In this document: positions 13,361-26,431 of the stretch, in pieces
Numbering within the stretch: the first letter of the stretch is position 1
Layout: each line of letters starts with the position of its first letter
Source of the DNA: Camelus ferus
Lineage: Eukaryota
Direction: 5' to 3'
NCBI RefSeq assembly: GCF_009834535.1
Contig: NC_045697.1
Coordinates: 110,114,001-110,178,000, forward strand
DNA length: 64,000 nt
The notes under the pieces: generated by a model
Databases searched by the model: none
Told to the model about the DNA's origin: nothing
Seen by the model: only the letters and a program-made list of their open reading frames with translations
Position numbers and translations under genes: made by a program

Positions 13361-13934
13361 GAGTAAAGGTTGGAAAATGACAGGAGTTGAGGACAGAAAG
13401 GAAAGCTACAGTCACTTATTAAAGTGCCTGGTTGTTAAGCTGAAAGAGGAGAGAACTCTAGCCTCAAACCCATGAGGAATTAATAAAGAATTCTGACCAG
13501 GGAATGTGGTTTTCAGATTTACTTTTTATGAAGATCGTTTTTCGTTCCTCAACTGTACAATGCCCGTCCAACTCAAACATTTCTAAATAAAAATAGGATT
13601 GTGCCTGGATGATTGAATGAAGAAATAAACAAACAAATGAGTTCTGAAGAGGGAAGGCAACTTGAAGTAGCCAGTTTCACAGAAGCTCCAGTTTCTCAGA
13701 CCATATAGTCGAAAACATTTACTGAGCTCCAATGTCATAGCTTGCGTTATCATAGGGACCAGAGATAAAAGCAAATAAAATATGTTCTGAACCCATGAGT
13801 TCACAGCTTAAAAGGCAGGCAGACAATTAAACAATCCTATAATCAAAATGCATGGATTAAATGAAATAGGACTGTATTTCAAAGTTTTAATAGTGACTGT
13901 CTTTGGGTGAGTAGGCCTTTTTGTTTGTTTGCTT

Positions 13935-14037
13935 ACTATTTAATTAATTCTAAGACATTTTTTCTCCTGAAATTTTAACATTTCTGAAGTTAGATGCATC
14001 TTACAATTAATGGCGTCTTAGATTCCATGAAATAGAT
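13935..14037. mobile_element. MER104-like Tc2 MITE
   Basis: attctaagac...ttttaacatttctgaa...gcgtcttagattccatgaaata with an imperfect terminal inverted repeat. Confidence 0.65.
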
Positions 14038-15695
14038 GGAATACTGTCATGGCGGTGCTTCTCCACTGCTCCAAGAGTAGGCAGGTGGGTGCGGTTGTAC
14101 ATTCAGCGTGAGACAGTTGCCAGGAAAGCAGATGTGGAGTTTATTCAAGATAAATCCAGATACAGAATACATTTTTATCGGATAGAGCATAAGATTTCAC
14201 TATAGAGTTGGACGTTTTTGTACAGCAATGTACTGCTGAGTTATTTTGTATTCGCCACGATTGGTTCAATGCATCACCGGGACTGAGTCATCCTCCCTGG
14301 TGGGGCAGCCTTCTCCCTTCCCCCCGCCCCCCGGGACTAGGGGAGAGGTACGCTGGGGGGCAGATCTTTTTTCACTAACAATGGAGCTCTTTGTTGGTGG
14401 CACCAAAGGCTGTAGCAGTTTTAATATCTTAGTTAGAACATAGTAGTTGTTTTTCCCTTTTAATACCAGAAAAAAACTCCTGTTAGAACCAGTGTGAGTC
14501 ATACACCATAAACATTCAGTGCTCAAATTCCTATGGGTTTTGAATGCCAAACGACACTGTAGGCATACATTTTGAAAACTGCATTGTAGAATGCTAGAAA
14601 ACATATGTTACCCTGGTATTAAGTAATGCTATGGTTTTTTTAAAAAATACATACTATAAAGTAAACCATTCATAAATTCCAATATGATGCCAGTTATGGT
14701 AAAATCCTGACTATGTCATTTTAATTCCCATACATAATCCTTTTTCATTGTCTTAACCCAACCAGCAAAAAAAAAAAAAAATATTTAGGGCAAATACGTT
14801 CAAAAGCACACCCAAATTCACATACATTTACATATCCACTTGTTTAACAGATCTGGTCTCTTTAAAGACACTGAGATTTCCAGTAAGCCAAAATTGTCTC
14901 CAAAACTTGTGAAGGGTCATGAGACTCAGAAGACGCTAATGTGTATCTCAAACACCCACAAATGCAAAGCCAGAAACCCAGCAATTTTGTATTTAAATTC
15001 TCCGGCAAACCATGATCTTTAGAATAATAAACTTGCAGTTCTAAGTAAGAGGCTGCAGACTATTCACTCCAAAAGAAAGTAACACTAACACTTGGCAACT
15101 TGACAGTAAAAACTGGAAAACATATTTACGGTAATCATCTTTAGTTGATAAACAAAACGTTTTGAGAGAAATTCTTTTCTCCTTCAAATATTAAAGAAAA
15201 TTAGCCCTTTTGGCAGAGTCTGTTCTAAAAAATAAAGTTAATAAAATAAAGTAAGGTCAAAGGGAGAAGCATTTTACAGACTTTTAATTATTGCTAAATC
15301 AACACAACATCACTGATGGATTCAGTATGTCTGTGGGCTTTGGGAAGCGGTTTCTGTGTTGCCCAGAGCCCTGTGTTACTCAGTATATGCCAGAGAACGC
15401 TCTCAGAGAATGTTGGAAATATTGGAAACACAAAGCTTATGTATATTTTCTGTTGTTTCTATCACCTAAAAACCATACCACCAGAAATGTGCTAAATAAA
15501 TTCTTTAAGCCCCAGTTGGGACAAGCCAACTGTTAGCACACTCCAGCCCTGTTGCTAAGCATAATAAGCAAACTCTTGGATCACACTGCCCCACTCTGGT
15601 CAAAAGAGAGAAAACTGGGTTAGCCCTTGAAAGTTTTCGTAGCATCACATACAAATTCAAGTAAAATGCATTTCATTAAAAGATGATGTTTTCCA

Positions 15696-15859
15696 CCTAC
15701 TGTATATCACAGGGAACTATATTCAACTTCCTGTAACAATATATAATGGAAAAGAATCTGAAAAGAAAAAATACATATGTATGTGTATAACTGAATCACT
15801 TTGCAGTACACCTGAAACTAACACTATAGATCAAGTACACTTCAATAAAATTTTTTTTA
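15696..15859 (+). mobile_element. L1 3' end fragment with 18-bp TSD
   Basis: ctactgtatatcacagggaactatattcaa...cttcaataaaa; TSD aaaagatgatgttttcca / aaaagacaatgttttcca. Confidence 0.85.
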
Positions 15860-16349
15860 AAAAGACAATGTTTTCCAAAGGGCAAAGCATCTAGATGGCA
15901 TGTAATTTAGTTTAAAAGCTCAAGAGAAATGTATCTTTTATTTTTCTGATGAACAACCTAGGAAGAAAATGCTAGTGTTAATACTATTATTTCCATAGAA
16001 ACATCTGTTACAATTCTTGCAAGAAACGTACAAAATATTATACTGATTATGTATTGCCACTTGCTATATACAAATGTGAATTTTAAAAGACTAGCTTATT
16101 AAACTATTTATGTTAATTCAGATGGGAATATTCAGCATATATTTGCTGTTAATGGCAAACACGTCACTGTAATTTTTATAATTATTTTGTTTAAAATTTT
16201 AAAAAGAATATTATTAAAGTTACTGCAACTTAAATGCCAAAAAGTCATAGTGATATTGGAAAGCAATTCCAAGACATTTACAAATTTCTAGCCACAATAA
16301 CTAAAAGTCATTTGTCTGGACATAGCAGTTGATGTTATTAATGATAGTA

Positions 16350-16610
16350 ATGATGTAAGTTAACATATTTTGACCATTTATTGGACCAGATGCTGGTCTC
16401 AGCTCTTCGTAGGCAATAACTCATTCATACGTACTACAAATCAGGCTGTATTACAATCCTCATTTTACCAAGAAGCAAAGAGAGGATCAGAGAGAACATA
16501 CATTTCACCTTGAACACAGTTTGTTCAAGGTGAAACAGCTTAAGTGGTGATTCTAGGATTCAAACTCAGGCAGTCTGACACCAGCACCCTGTCTCCTCCT
16601 TTATGCTACA
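16350..16610. mobile_element. MIR fossil
   Basis: cattttaccaagaag..gaggatcagagag...ggattcaaactcaggcagtctgacaccag core. Confidence 0.6.
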
Positions 16611-16946
16611 TATAGAGGAAATAGAGAACCATTTACCTTCTTTTACTCAATGATCTGTTACAGTCAGAAAAATAAAATATGGTATTTTGTACTTGTTTAT
16701 TATCAAGATCAAATAAATAAATTGTATGTTAATTATGTATCACTCCACTAGAAATAATCATAAAAAGCAACATAAGCAAATGCTGTAAAAAGTACACATT
16801 ATCTTTACATGCCTGTATGTTTTCATGTGTATGCTAGTTAAAGAAATATTAGAAGTTTGAGATAATTAGCAACTGTTTTCATTGTTCTGGTCAATTATGC
16901 CAATTTTTGTTATTAGCATTCAATAGTTCCCATATTTTTGAGTTAC

Positions 16947-17186
16947 CTGAATCTCTATCCACAGCTTCAACCCTTGTGACAAACTCTCCTGCGTTTTGAT
17001 TTTCTTTAACTGAAGCTTCATACAGGTGCTGCTTAAATACTGGTGCCTCGTCATTTACATCCAGGACCGTAATTGTCAAAGTCTGGGATGAAGAAAGTGT
17101 TGGGACTCCATCATCCACTGCCAGAAGGGTCAGAATGTGCTGGGTATTTAGCTCATAATCCAAAGGACAAGTTGTAGTTAGCAAAC
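16947..17186 (-). CDS. DCHS2: DCHS2 coding exon (~exon 10), 240 nt, phase 1-1
   Basis: aaatag|GT...TCAG|gtaact; GLLTTTCPLDYE...VLDVNDEAPVF...AVDRDS. Confidence 0.95.
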
Positions 17187-18821
17187 CTATTTTGAAAGAG
17201 AAGAAAAGGAATACATAATAAATATTCTTTGGAGAAGAATGCTTTCTCTACTTAATGTCTAAGTCGCTAAAAATTCAGAAGCTTTTTCTGTTAAAGAATA
17301 TTATTCAACCCACTTTAAATTGATATATTATCTAGAATAAAGGAGAACATTTTTAATCAGATGAGTCATCCTAATTTAAATTATAAGGATGAATGAGAAT
17401 TCAGAAATAATTTATTACGTATCAGTGTCTACTGAGATGATTACAACAGGATTATGTATCTACCCATTTACTTTAATTTTTTTAAATATCAAGGTTCCAA
17501 CAGTATCCATCTTCATGTCAAATGACACTTCATGTGTAAAAGTAACAAAGTTACAAAAAGGTAAGTGTGGCTACATTCTTTGAGAGATTTAGTTTTTGTT
17601 TAAGAGTTACAGTCTCTTTATACTACCCTCAACTAACTGTCTTTTTTATTAACAAAAAAGTAAATATTTTATAACTCACATAATAAATTTCACGAATAAA
17701 ACGCCTCTACCCTACTGCCTTTTAAGGATATAACTCATCCAAGCAATGTGTTTTAAAAAAGACTTGCACCCATATAGCTGATATAGAATTACAATTGTCA
17801 GTTTTTTTTTTTTAGGATTGCTATTTGCTTCTCTAACACATGCTCTTCCTATAAAAACTTGTCTTCAAATAATTAAAGAGGTTTGCAGAGTTTATAAAAT
17901 GATTTTTCATTAACTGTTTACCATTTTACATTTCATAGCAAAAAACCAGTGAAAATCTCACTTGGTCTTCCTTATTAAAAAAATGAGCCTCGTAAGAGGA
18001 AAAAGTAGCCCATCTCATATGAATGCATCCAGCAATTAGCATTTTGTATCTTTGAAAAGTACCGTAACTGAAACAGCCACGGCAATTGCTCAAGATTCAT
18101 GATGCCTGTATTACCAGGACACAACTCTCATTTTATCCATTCTCTTTCACAATCTGAAATAGACCTTACTTAGCCATTTTGGAAAACATTTTAAGTATTG
18201 TTGAAACAAGTCCTCGGAGACCCCCGCTCTAACAGAAATCTGCAGTGGGGTCTGGACTATCTCTCTGTCAGCCAGGCTTTTAGATGGTGCTCACTCATGC
18301 CTCAGAATGGAGCCATATGTATAGGATTTAATAAATATTTTGATGAAATTTTCCAACAGTATACAGCCAGACTGTAATCATGACTTCCAAATCCTACACA
18401 TTCAGTCCCATTCCAAATACTGCTCTTACTAACAGTTGGGCCAAATGGTATACATCTGAGACTTTTTTTTCTAAGGCTCATGCAGACATGACTATTTTTT
18501 AGAGAATGTGATGGTAATCCATCTCTTCGATATCTTCTGCAAATCAGGCTGAAGGAGTTTCACTTCCAATGTCACAAGAATGACACTGTACCTATAAATA
18601 TCCATCAAACTACATCACGACCTTTGGTAGATGTTATCCAGCAAAATGGTGACAGCAAGTCAAAGGAAGTGACAGTGAACGTCACTTCTGCAGAGTACCT
18701 GACAGTGAATACATGCTTCTACCAAAAAGAAAATCTCTCAATTTTAAGAAGTCAGGGCCTTAATGTCCAAATCAATCCAACCATTTAAAAATACATTATT
18801 TCCAACTATTTACAAGTGTAT

Positions 18822-18985
18822 TTTTTTTTAAATTGAAGTATAGTCAGTGTACAATGTTGTATCAATTTCTGGTGTTCAGCATCATAGTTCAGTCATATAT
18901 ATACATACATATATTCATTTTCATATTCTTTTTCATTGTAGGTTACCACAAGATATTGAATATAGTTCCCTGTGCTCTACAGTAT
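18822..18985 (-). mobile_element. L1 3' end fragment
   Basis: T-run then attgaagtatagtcagtgtacaatgttg...tatagttccctgtgct. Confidence 0.85.
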
Positions 18986-19357
18986 AAAGATAAGTTTCCA
19001 TATTAAAGTCGTTGAATAATGTGGTTGACTAGTCATGTTCTACCTTGATTCACTTTGGGTACCACCTCCTACCCTGTGAAAACACACAATGGGGGCAAAG
19101 AAGTTTGCTACTGTATCTTCATCCCAGGACAGGTGAGCTAGCTACAAAGCAGGTCAATATTAACAAACAGGTCAATTACTGTTGCTTCTCTGAATACAAT
19201 CTCTGTGCCCATCATCTGCATAAGTTAAACAGTAAATCAAGTCAAATCTCCTTAAAGCAGATGCATCTTGAGAACTACCATTTTACATCAGAGGAAAATG
19301 AGAATAATAAATGAGCAAGTGACCCCAGGCTTTAGCTGACAGTGATGTATACGGTAC

Positions 19358-20201
19358 CTGATGCCCCATCTAGAACAAAGGCCATGTTTTCATTTCCTGA
19401 GAGGATGCTGAACGTCACGCTTCCGTTCCTTCCTTCGTCTGGATCTTGAGCAGTTATGCGGTGCACCAAGGAGCCCACGGGGGCATCCTCTCTGACAAGG
19501 GCGATGGGGAAAGATATAAAAGTGGGGCTGTGGTCATTTACATCCAGAATCACCACCTTGGCCGTCAGCGATCTCAGTCGCCGCTCTGTCACGTTCGCAG
19601 CCTGATCGGATGCAGTCACCATCAGGACGACAGCTGGAACGCTCTCTCTGTCAAGCGGGGATGCAGTGACCAACGTGCCAAAAGAGGGGTGGATGAGAAA
19701 CGGATTCGCTCCAGGGTGGTGGGCTTCGATGAAGTACTGTATTCTACTGTTCAGAAAACTCCCATCGCCGTCTTTGGCATTGAAGACGTGCACCAGGGTC
19801 CCGACGGGGGCATTCTCTTCCACGCTTATCACAATGAACTCCTCCTGGAAAGACGGCGAATGGTCGTTCTGATCTTCCACATCGACACTAAGGAAGACTG
19901 TGCTGTTCACGGGAGGGTTTTTGCTACGGTCTTTAGTTATCACCCTGAAAAGATAATGAGATGTCGTTTCATAATCAAGTTCCTTAGAGAGGAATAAGTC
20001 TCCTGTCGAGCTGTTGATGTCAAAGTGGCCATCCTTGTCATCGGCAGCAATGCTGAAGTGTAACTTTCCATTATGATGGTGTTGAAGGTGATCAGGTGAC
20101 TTTATCAAGCTCATTACTTTCGCAGGCTTCAAGTTTTCTGGTAGAACTAAATGTCTAATATTCTGAGAAATGAGAGCTCCCCCTTTGGTTAGTGCTACCA
20201 C
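19358..20201 (-). CDS. DCHS2: DCHS2 coding exon (~exon 9), 844 nt, phase 0-1
   Basis: tttcag|GTG...TCAG|gtaccg; ELDYE, DVEDQNDHSP, PLDRE, ILDVNDHSP and AQDPDEG cadherin motifs. Confidence 0.96.
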
Positions 20202-21277
20202 CTGAAATAAGAAGAAAAAGGAGCTATCAGTTTGGGGTATTGTTTAGTAGTTTAATCAATATTCTTTCACAAGCTAATTCTTTCCACTTGTGTGACAGAC
20301 ATATGTTAACTGGTGAGAAAATGTCTTTTTTATACCATGTGAGTCCAACACATCCCCGAAGATTGAAAATTGCATGCTATCTAGGAGATAAGAAAGCACA
20401 ATGCTTCCCACTTCCCCATTTGCTATCATTTTCATGATGATAGTTTGGTGAGGCCAGGCTGTAGTTTGGCTGAACTGTAGCCTTGTGATTCTTCAGTGAG
20501 AATGTGGGATGACTAGTCCTCCTAACCAGTCTAAATCCTAGAGCCCCGTGTGTCCTTAATGATGACATCTTTTTACATTTAAGTGTCATGTGTCTTTGCT
20601 TATCTGAAACCAAAGATTTGAGGTATTATGAGAAAAATGTCCCCTAAGCCACATATTCTCAATCAATAAGGAATATAATTTACAAACAGAACTCTTGGGG
20701 ACATATATTCTTGATTAGTACACCTACCTATATTGGTATTACTGACTATCATGTGGTTGAACATAAAAAATCTTCCTATAATCAGTCATCTTGCTTTTGA
20801 TGTAATTTTTTCCTGCTATGAAGACTTTCCACAGCTTGTTTACTCATTATGATTAAAGTAAAGCCTTAAAATATGAATTTCAACTGACTTTTCTAATTTT
20901 AAAAATAATTACGAAATCGATGCGATTTATCATTGGCCATTTGTTTACATTTGAGTTTCTCCTGCAAATTTACCAGGTCCTTGCAATTAGGAAAAAGTAA
21001 CAGAAAAGACACTTTTGGTTCTTCATAAACAAAGCAATATGAATGCCCACAGAGTGATGAAGGTGAAGATCTTGTTAGGAAGAGAAAAAATCATGTAAAT
21101 CTAATCATTTCTCAAGTGATAATAAAATCACTTAATATCATGCACACATACATCTGCAATGCTCTCTAAAGAGAGTTCTCATATATTTAATGCATCTTCA
21201 CTTTATACACTTGTATATAAAACTTAAAAGAACCTCTTCAAAGTATCTTTTCACACTGTGCGTGATGTTGGTATTAC

Positions 21278-21435
21278 CTGAATATTAATAACTGCCTGTC
21301 CTTGAAGAGAAGGTACTCCCTGGTCACTGGCAACAACCGTTATCCTGTAGGAAGGTCTGTACTCATGTGAAAGTATCGTAGCTGTTCTGATTTCACCACT
21401 GTTGGCATCAATCTTGAAGTGATCAGAACTATCTT
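21278..21435 (-). CDS. DCHS2: DCHS2 coding exon (~exon 8), 158 nt, phase 1-0 (further AGs give alternative starts at 21432 and 21428)
   Basis: (tg)n-tatag|AAGATAG...CAG|gtaata; EDSSDHFKIDANSGEIRTATILSHEYRPSYRITVVASDQGVPSLQGQAVINIQ. Confidence 0.92.
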
Positions 21436-21437
21436 CT

Positions 21438-21462
21438 ATACACATACACACACACACACACA
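21438..21462. repeat. (CA)n on + strand, i.e. (UG)n directly upstream of the exon ~8 acceptor in pre-mRNA
   Basis: atacacatacacacacacacacaca. Confidence 0.9.
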
Positions 21463-21619
21463 AAATTAAGAGATTGGAGTTAACTGACAATGCAGAATGC
21501 AGAGATTTAATTAATCCAAATATATCTGTGACCATTTGGAAGATTCATTTGCCTGAAGCTCTACGAGAGTATGAACATAAAAATGATACTAACAATATAG
21601 ACCAGAAACACAACAGATT

Positions 21620-23110
21620 AAAAAATTATTATGGAAATTTTCAAACATATGAAAAAGTAGACAGGACGCTATAATAAACTCTCATGTGCCCATCATCTGG
21701 CTTCAACTCATGACATTTTATTCCCCATCATATATTTCCCATCACCGTCTTTTTTTTCTAAAATTTTTACTGAAGTGTAACTGACTCACAACGTTAGTTT
21801 CTGGTGTACAGCAAATAAATTCAGTTATGCATATACGTCCATATCTATTTTTTTCTTTTCAGATTCACCATCTTCTTTTGAAGCAAATCTCAGAAACTAT
21901 ATCATTCCTTCCGTATATTTTTCAACATCATCTTGAAAAGATAAGGCACGTTTTCATATAATCACGGTACCATATTAGACTTTCAAAAATTAGCAATGAT
22001 TCCTATCATCCGACATCTAGTTATTTTTAAAATTTTCAACTGTCTCGTAAATATTTTTTTCATTAGCTCAACTTAGGTTCAACATAAACACCATATTCGC
22101 ATATCTCTTCCATCTTTGTGTTCCTGCCATCTATCTCTTTATTTTGTTCTTGCAATTCATTGGCTGAAGGAACTGGATCGTGTATCCCGAAGTTTCCCAG
22201 GGTCTAGATTTGGTTGCTCCTTGTCTCCAATGTGTAGCTTAATATGTTCTTCTGGCTTCTGTGTTTTCCTTAAACAGGGAGGTAGATCTAGAGAATTAAT
22301 CAGATTCAGGTTCAATTTGGAGGGAAGACAACGTCACAAGTGCTTTTGTGTTTTCCTCCAGAAGCACGTCTGATTGTCTCATTGTGTGATGTCAGTCCTT
22401 GCTGGCGTCTAAATCCGCTCAAGACTCATTAAGCGTTGCAAAGTATAATATTCTGAGATGATGACCACTTCTTCATTCATTAGCTGGAATATACTAGTAA
22501 AGCGAAATCTCCTCTTTTGTACTTATTGATAACCCATTGGAACAGTTCATTATAGGAAAAGTCAGGATAAACATTTACAGTAAACTCATTAACAGTCTTC
22601 AAAATAATGGATTGGTTTACTGACATCCTTCAGTACTCCAACTATGATAAGTAAAGGTTTGTTCCATTTCTGTTTTAAGAATCATTAAGCATGAATTTAA
22701 ACATAAGGGTTTCAATCTACTGCCATTATATCCTCACTGATACTCAAACTGTTCCATCTTGGAACATTAGGACCCTCTTAAAGGCGCTTCCCGAGTCTTT
22801 CTGCTATGACCTCAGTCATCTTTAGCTGTGTTCTTGTATCTGCTGTGGCAAAATGCTACAGACTCATCTGGGGGAGTTCCTGTCCAAGTCCTAGGGTCAG
22901 CCACTTCTCCAAGGACTCCTAGTTCCTTCCAGTGGAACATGGTCTTGGGAGGTCGTATTCTCAATGTAAGAGCTGCTCATTGCTCTGGGTCAGTCACTGT
23001 TTCCAGGCCTTTTTCAGCAGACAGAGAATACACACCTGCACACACTGAAATATGTCACAAGTTCATATGGATCTTTCTAATTCAAACTGATTGTCATCCG
23101 GTGTTGTTGC
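21620..23110 (-). mobile_element. Old L1M (L1MC/L1ME-like) 3' region with a younger L1 3' end nested at ~21750-21865
   Basis: ttattatggaaattttcaaacatat...cccatca terminus; nested tttttactgaagtgtaactgactcacaacgttagtttctggtgtacagc. Confidence 0.55.
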
Positions 23111-23579
23111 AAATCTGTTAACAATAACAGATTTGCATTCTTTGATAAAATCTGAACACTTCAACAATCCAAAAAACCCATACAATGTCTGGGCTAGTGG
23201 CTCTCTTTGATTCTTTATTCAACCACTGATGAGCGATTATCATGCAACAGATACTTTACCAGTTACAGTGGATAGAAAAACAAATAAAAGAGAACTCCTG
23301 CCCTTCAGAAAGTCAGAGTATAGAGCAGAAATCATGTAACATCTTCTAGTTGTGATGTCAATGCTTTGATCCATTTACTTCATCACCATAAGAGAATGAA
23401 AACTTTCATGAATGTTGACATATATATATCGTTATTTCTATTATATTGACTTTTATCTTGTTATCTTATCTTATATTTTGTAGTTGCCTCTATTTTGCAA
23501 TTGGATGAAGTTAAAGCAAAGGTCTGAATAACATATCACCATACTTTTATATTGCTATGCCCCAAGTATCATTATAGAA

Positions 23580-24460
23580 GCTAATTTTTATTTTAAAATT
23601 CAATATTTCAAACATTTAGAAATATATGATGAACACCTTTGTAAACATTTCCAGCTTGGTTAAATCACAATATTTCTTCAAAATGTTTAAAGAAATGACA
23701 GAGTTTACGTACAGCAGAGGACCTGTGTGAACCTCCGAATCCCATTCCCTTCCTTTTCGCCTGTTCTAAAGTGTGGGTGTATTTTTCTAGTCCACATATT
23801 CATGAATAATACATAGCATGGTTGTATTTCTTTCTAACGATACTATAGCAAGATTGTAGTTTAATCTATTAGCATGTGTGTGTGTGTGTGTGTGTGTATC
23901 TGCGGTAGGTTCCTTATCCCTGAACAATCCACTATGTCATCTTCCCAAGCGTGCACGCAATTTGCCTTTTCATTTCTTTCTGCTTTTAGGTCTTTCATTA
24001 ATACTTTGTGATTTTCTATATAAAGGTCTTAAATATCTTTTAATGAAATTTCCTCCTTATGCTTCTAATCAAGATGATTCTGATTTTGGGGAGAGGCAAA
24101 ACATAAAATTTGAGGGTCCTTCTTTACGGAAAATAGGACAATATTACAAATACAATTTGCCCATTGCACCCCTCCTCCCATCTAGAGGAACCCAAGCGAC
24201 GGGAGAGCCTTGAAGCTTAAACTTCATTAGCTTTACCGTAAATCGCCTCCCACCATATGGATTTTCTGTGTTACAGTGAATGAGATCTGTGAAATCCTGC
24301 TTAGTTTTTCAGTGCTAGTGATTTTTGTATGTCGACACTGTTCCTAGAAATTGTTTACGTTATTGATTCCAATGGTTTGCCTGTAGCATATTTGGGGTTT
24401 TCCATGAAGACAGTTAGATTATCTGTAGGTTAAGGGCAGTGTTGCCGCTTACTTTCCTAA
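23580..24460 (-). mobile_element. Old L1ME-like fossil, probably interrupted by a hAT-like end at ~24070-24250
   Basis: T-rich degraded L1 antisense pattern; gaagcttaaacttcattagctttaccgtaaatc resembles a hAT-Tip100-type terminus. Confidence 0.4.
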
Positions 24461-25029
24461 GTTTGTGTCAAACATGACAAAGCATCGAATGTCTTTTAAA
24501 AATGGTATAAAAACACAATGTCAACTAAAGCTAATCACTGGAAACCACTTGGGGCCTGGGCATTCTAAAAGATAAACATAAGCCTGTCTCGGCAAAGTTC
24601 CCACATACACATACATGGATGTACATCTATGACATCTTCTAGGTATGATTTACTCTGACCTTAGGAATATTTAATCTTCATAAAGATTCACAGATGTTTG
24701 GGATTCATAATCATACGTTTCTGGACTTCATACCAATTTTTATTGATTATTCACTTCCTATCAATAAAAGTTGATTTGCATTTTAGATTATTGAGAATTA
24801 TTCATTTAAGTTGGATGGTTGGTTGGCTGGTTTCTATTTAGGACACAGGATTTTGTATTAAGCTTAAAAATTCTTTTTTTTTTAAGGTGATTCTAGAAAA
24901 TAACAAATGTATTTTGTCTGCAATTTGGTGGTATTTTCAATGTTAACTATTTTCCCAGAAGGAGACATGGTTGGTAGACAAGAGAGGAGATACTAAAGTT
25001 CTTAATCCTTTATGGATGATAACTTTTAC

Positions 25030-25130
25030 CTGAAGATACTTGAATACATAACTTCTGCATTGCTTCCTTCATCAAGATCCTTTGCAAACACAGTTGTAAC
25101 CAACATATTTACTGGCTGACCTTCCAGAAC
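25030..25130 (-). CDS. DCHS2: DCHS2 coding exon (~exon 7), 101 nt with apparent +1 frameshift near its 3' end
   Basis: ttaatgacag|GTT CTG GAA GGT...TAT TCA AGT ATC TTC AG|gtaaaa; VLEGQPVNMLVTTVFAKDLDEGSNAEVMYS carries the AxDxD motif. Needed to bridge the phase-0 donor at 26432 to the phase-1 acceptor at 21435. Not in the ORF track. Confidence 0.93.
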
Positions 25131-26431
25131 CTGTCATTAAGACAAACAGCTTACAGATTAGTCAGTGAAATTTTAAAAAGAAATATCAACGAATCTTTAA
25201 GTGAAAGAACATATTACTCCTAAGCATTTTTTAAACTGTTTTTAAATCCACATGTAATTCAAATGTCTACGATATAAATGTTATACAGGTGTAAATCCAT
25301 GAAAAGAATCCATATTACAAACTTAAGTGTTTTACTCAATTTGAACAAATGATCTGCAGCATTTGAACTATTTTTGAGGGAGAAAAAGACATTGAATTGA
25401 CCAAAAAATCTTAGATGTTTGATGTATTTTAAGAATTCTAGCATCTTCTCATTTATTACCTTTTCAGGACATTTTTTGAAAGGTCCAAAATATGCTAAAG
25501 ATAAACATGAAATATACCTTATTAATTAACAGAAACTTTCCTTGAATACTGAAATGCACATGTGGAGTTGAAATCCAAATTTAGAGCCTAATTAAGCCAT
25601 TATATATCATACATAAAATGGTATAATAAAAATCATAAGGATAATACCATAATGCTCTGCTTTAGTAAAATTTTCTTTAAATATGACTTTGGAAGGTGAG
25701 TTTAAAGTTATTAACCTCCTCAGTACCTTTTTTGAGTTGTTCAGTATGAATATATGAGCGCAATTTGAATGTCTAATTTTGGGGACAATAGCTTCCAAAC
25801 ATTTTATTCATATAACCCATTCATTTAAAAAATATGAGTACCCCCAAGATACATTTATTAATTACATACATGAAGTAATATGCTAGTTTATTATGTACTT
25901 TATGACATATACAAAAACATAAAAATGAAAAAGATAACATATGCATAATTAGAAGTGTCTGCACGTGCCAGCAAAGATCAAATTTTATGATCTCTGGGTG
26001 CACATCCCTCCACTTTAGAGCTACAGATTGTTCTCCTATCTTTAACTAACCATCTTAAAGATGTGTTTCAATTGCACACAGGGAGCTCTAGACAAAGAGA
26101 TGTGTGGAAATTACTGGAAAAACAATCAATGTCTGATAATAAAGTTACCATTATGTTCGTATACAATTTTTGGACAGAACTCTATTATGATAAAACAACT
26201 CGAATGTGTGATCCCAGCTAGCATTTATAACCATTTCCTTTTTTTTTTTTTAATTGTGGCTTTTCTTGACATGGGACAACATTTTCTAGATTTTCTAGAT
26301 TTTCTAGAAATGTATTCATGTCCACACCAAGACTGAGTGGATAAATTCATGCTTCTTACCACAAGATGGTGCTCAAAACAAGTGACTAAGAGTATTACAA
26401 ACTCATTGCTGGGCTACTTCGCCCCACATAC

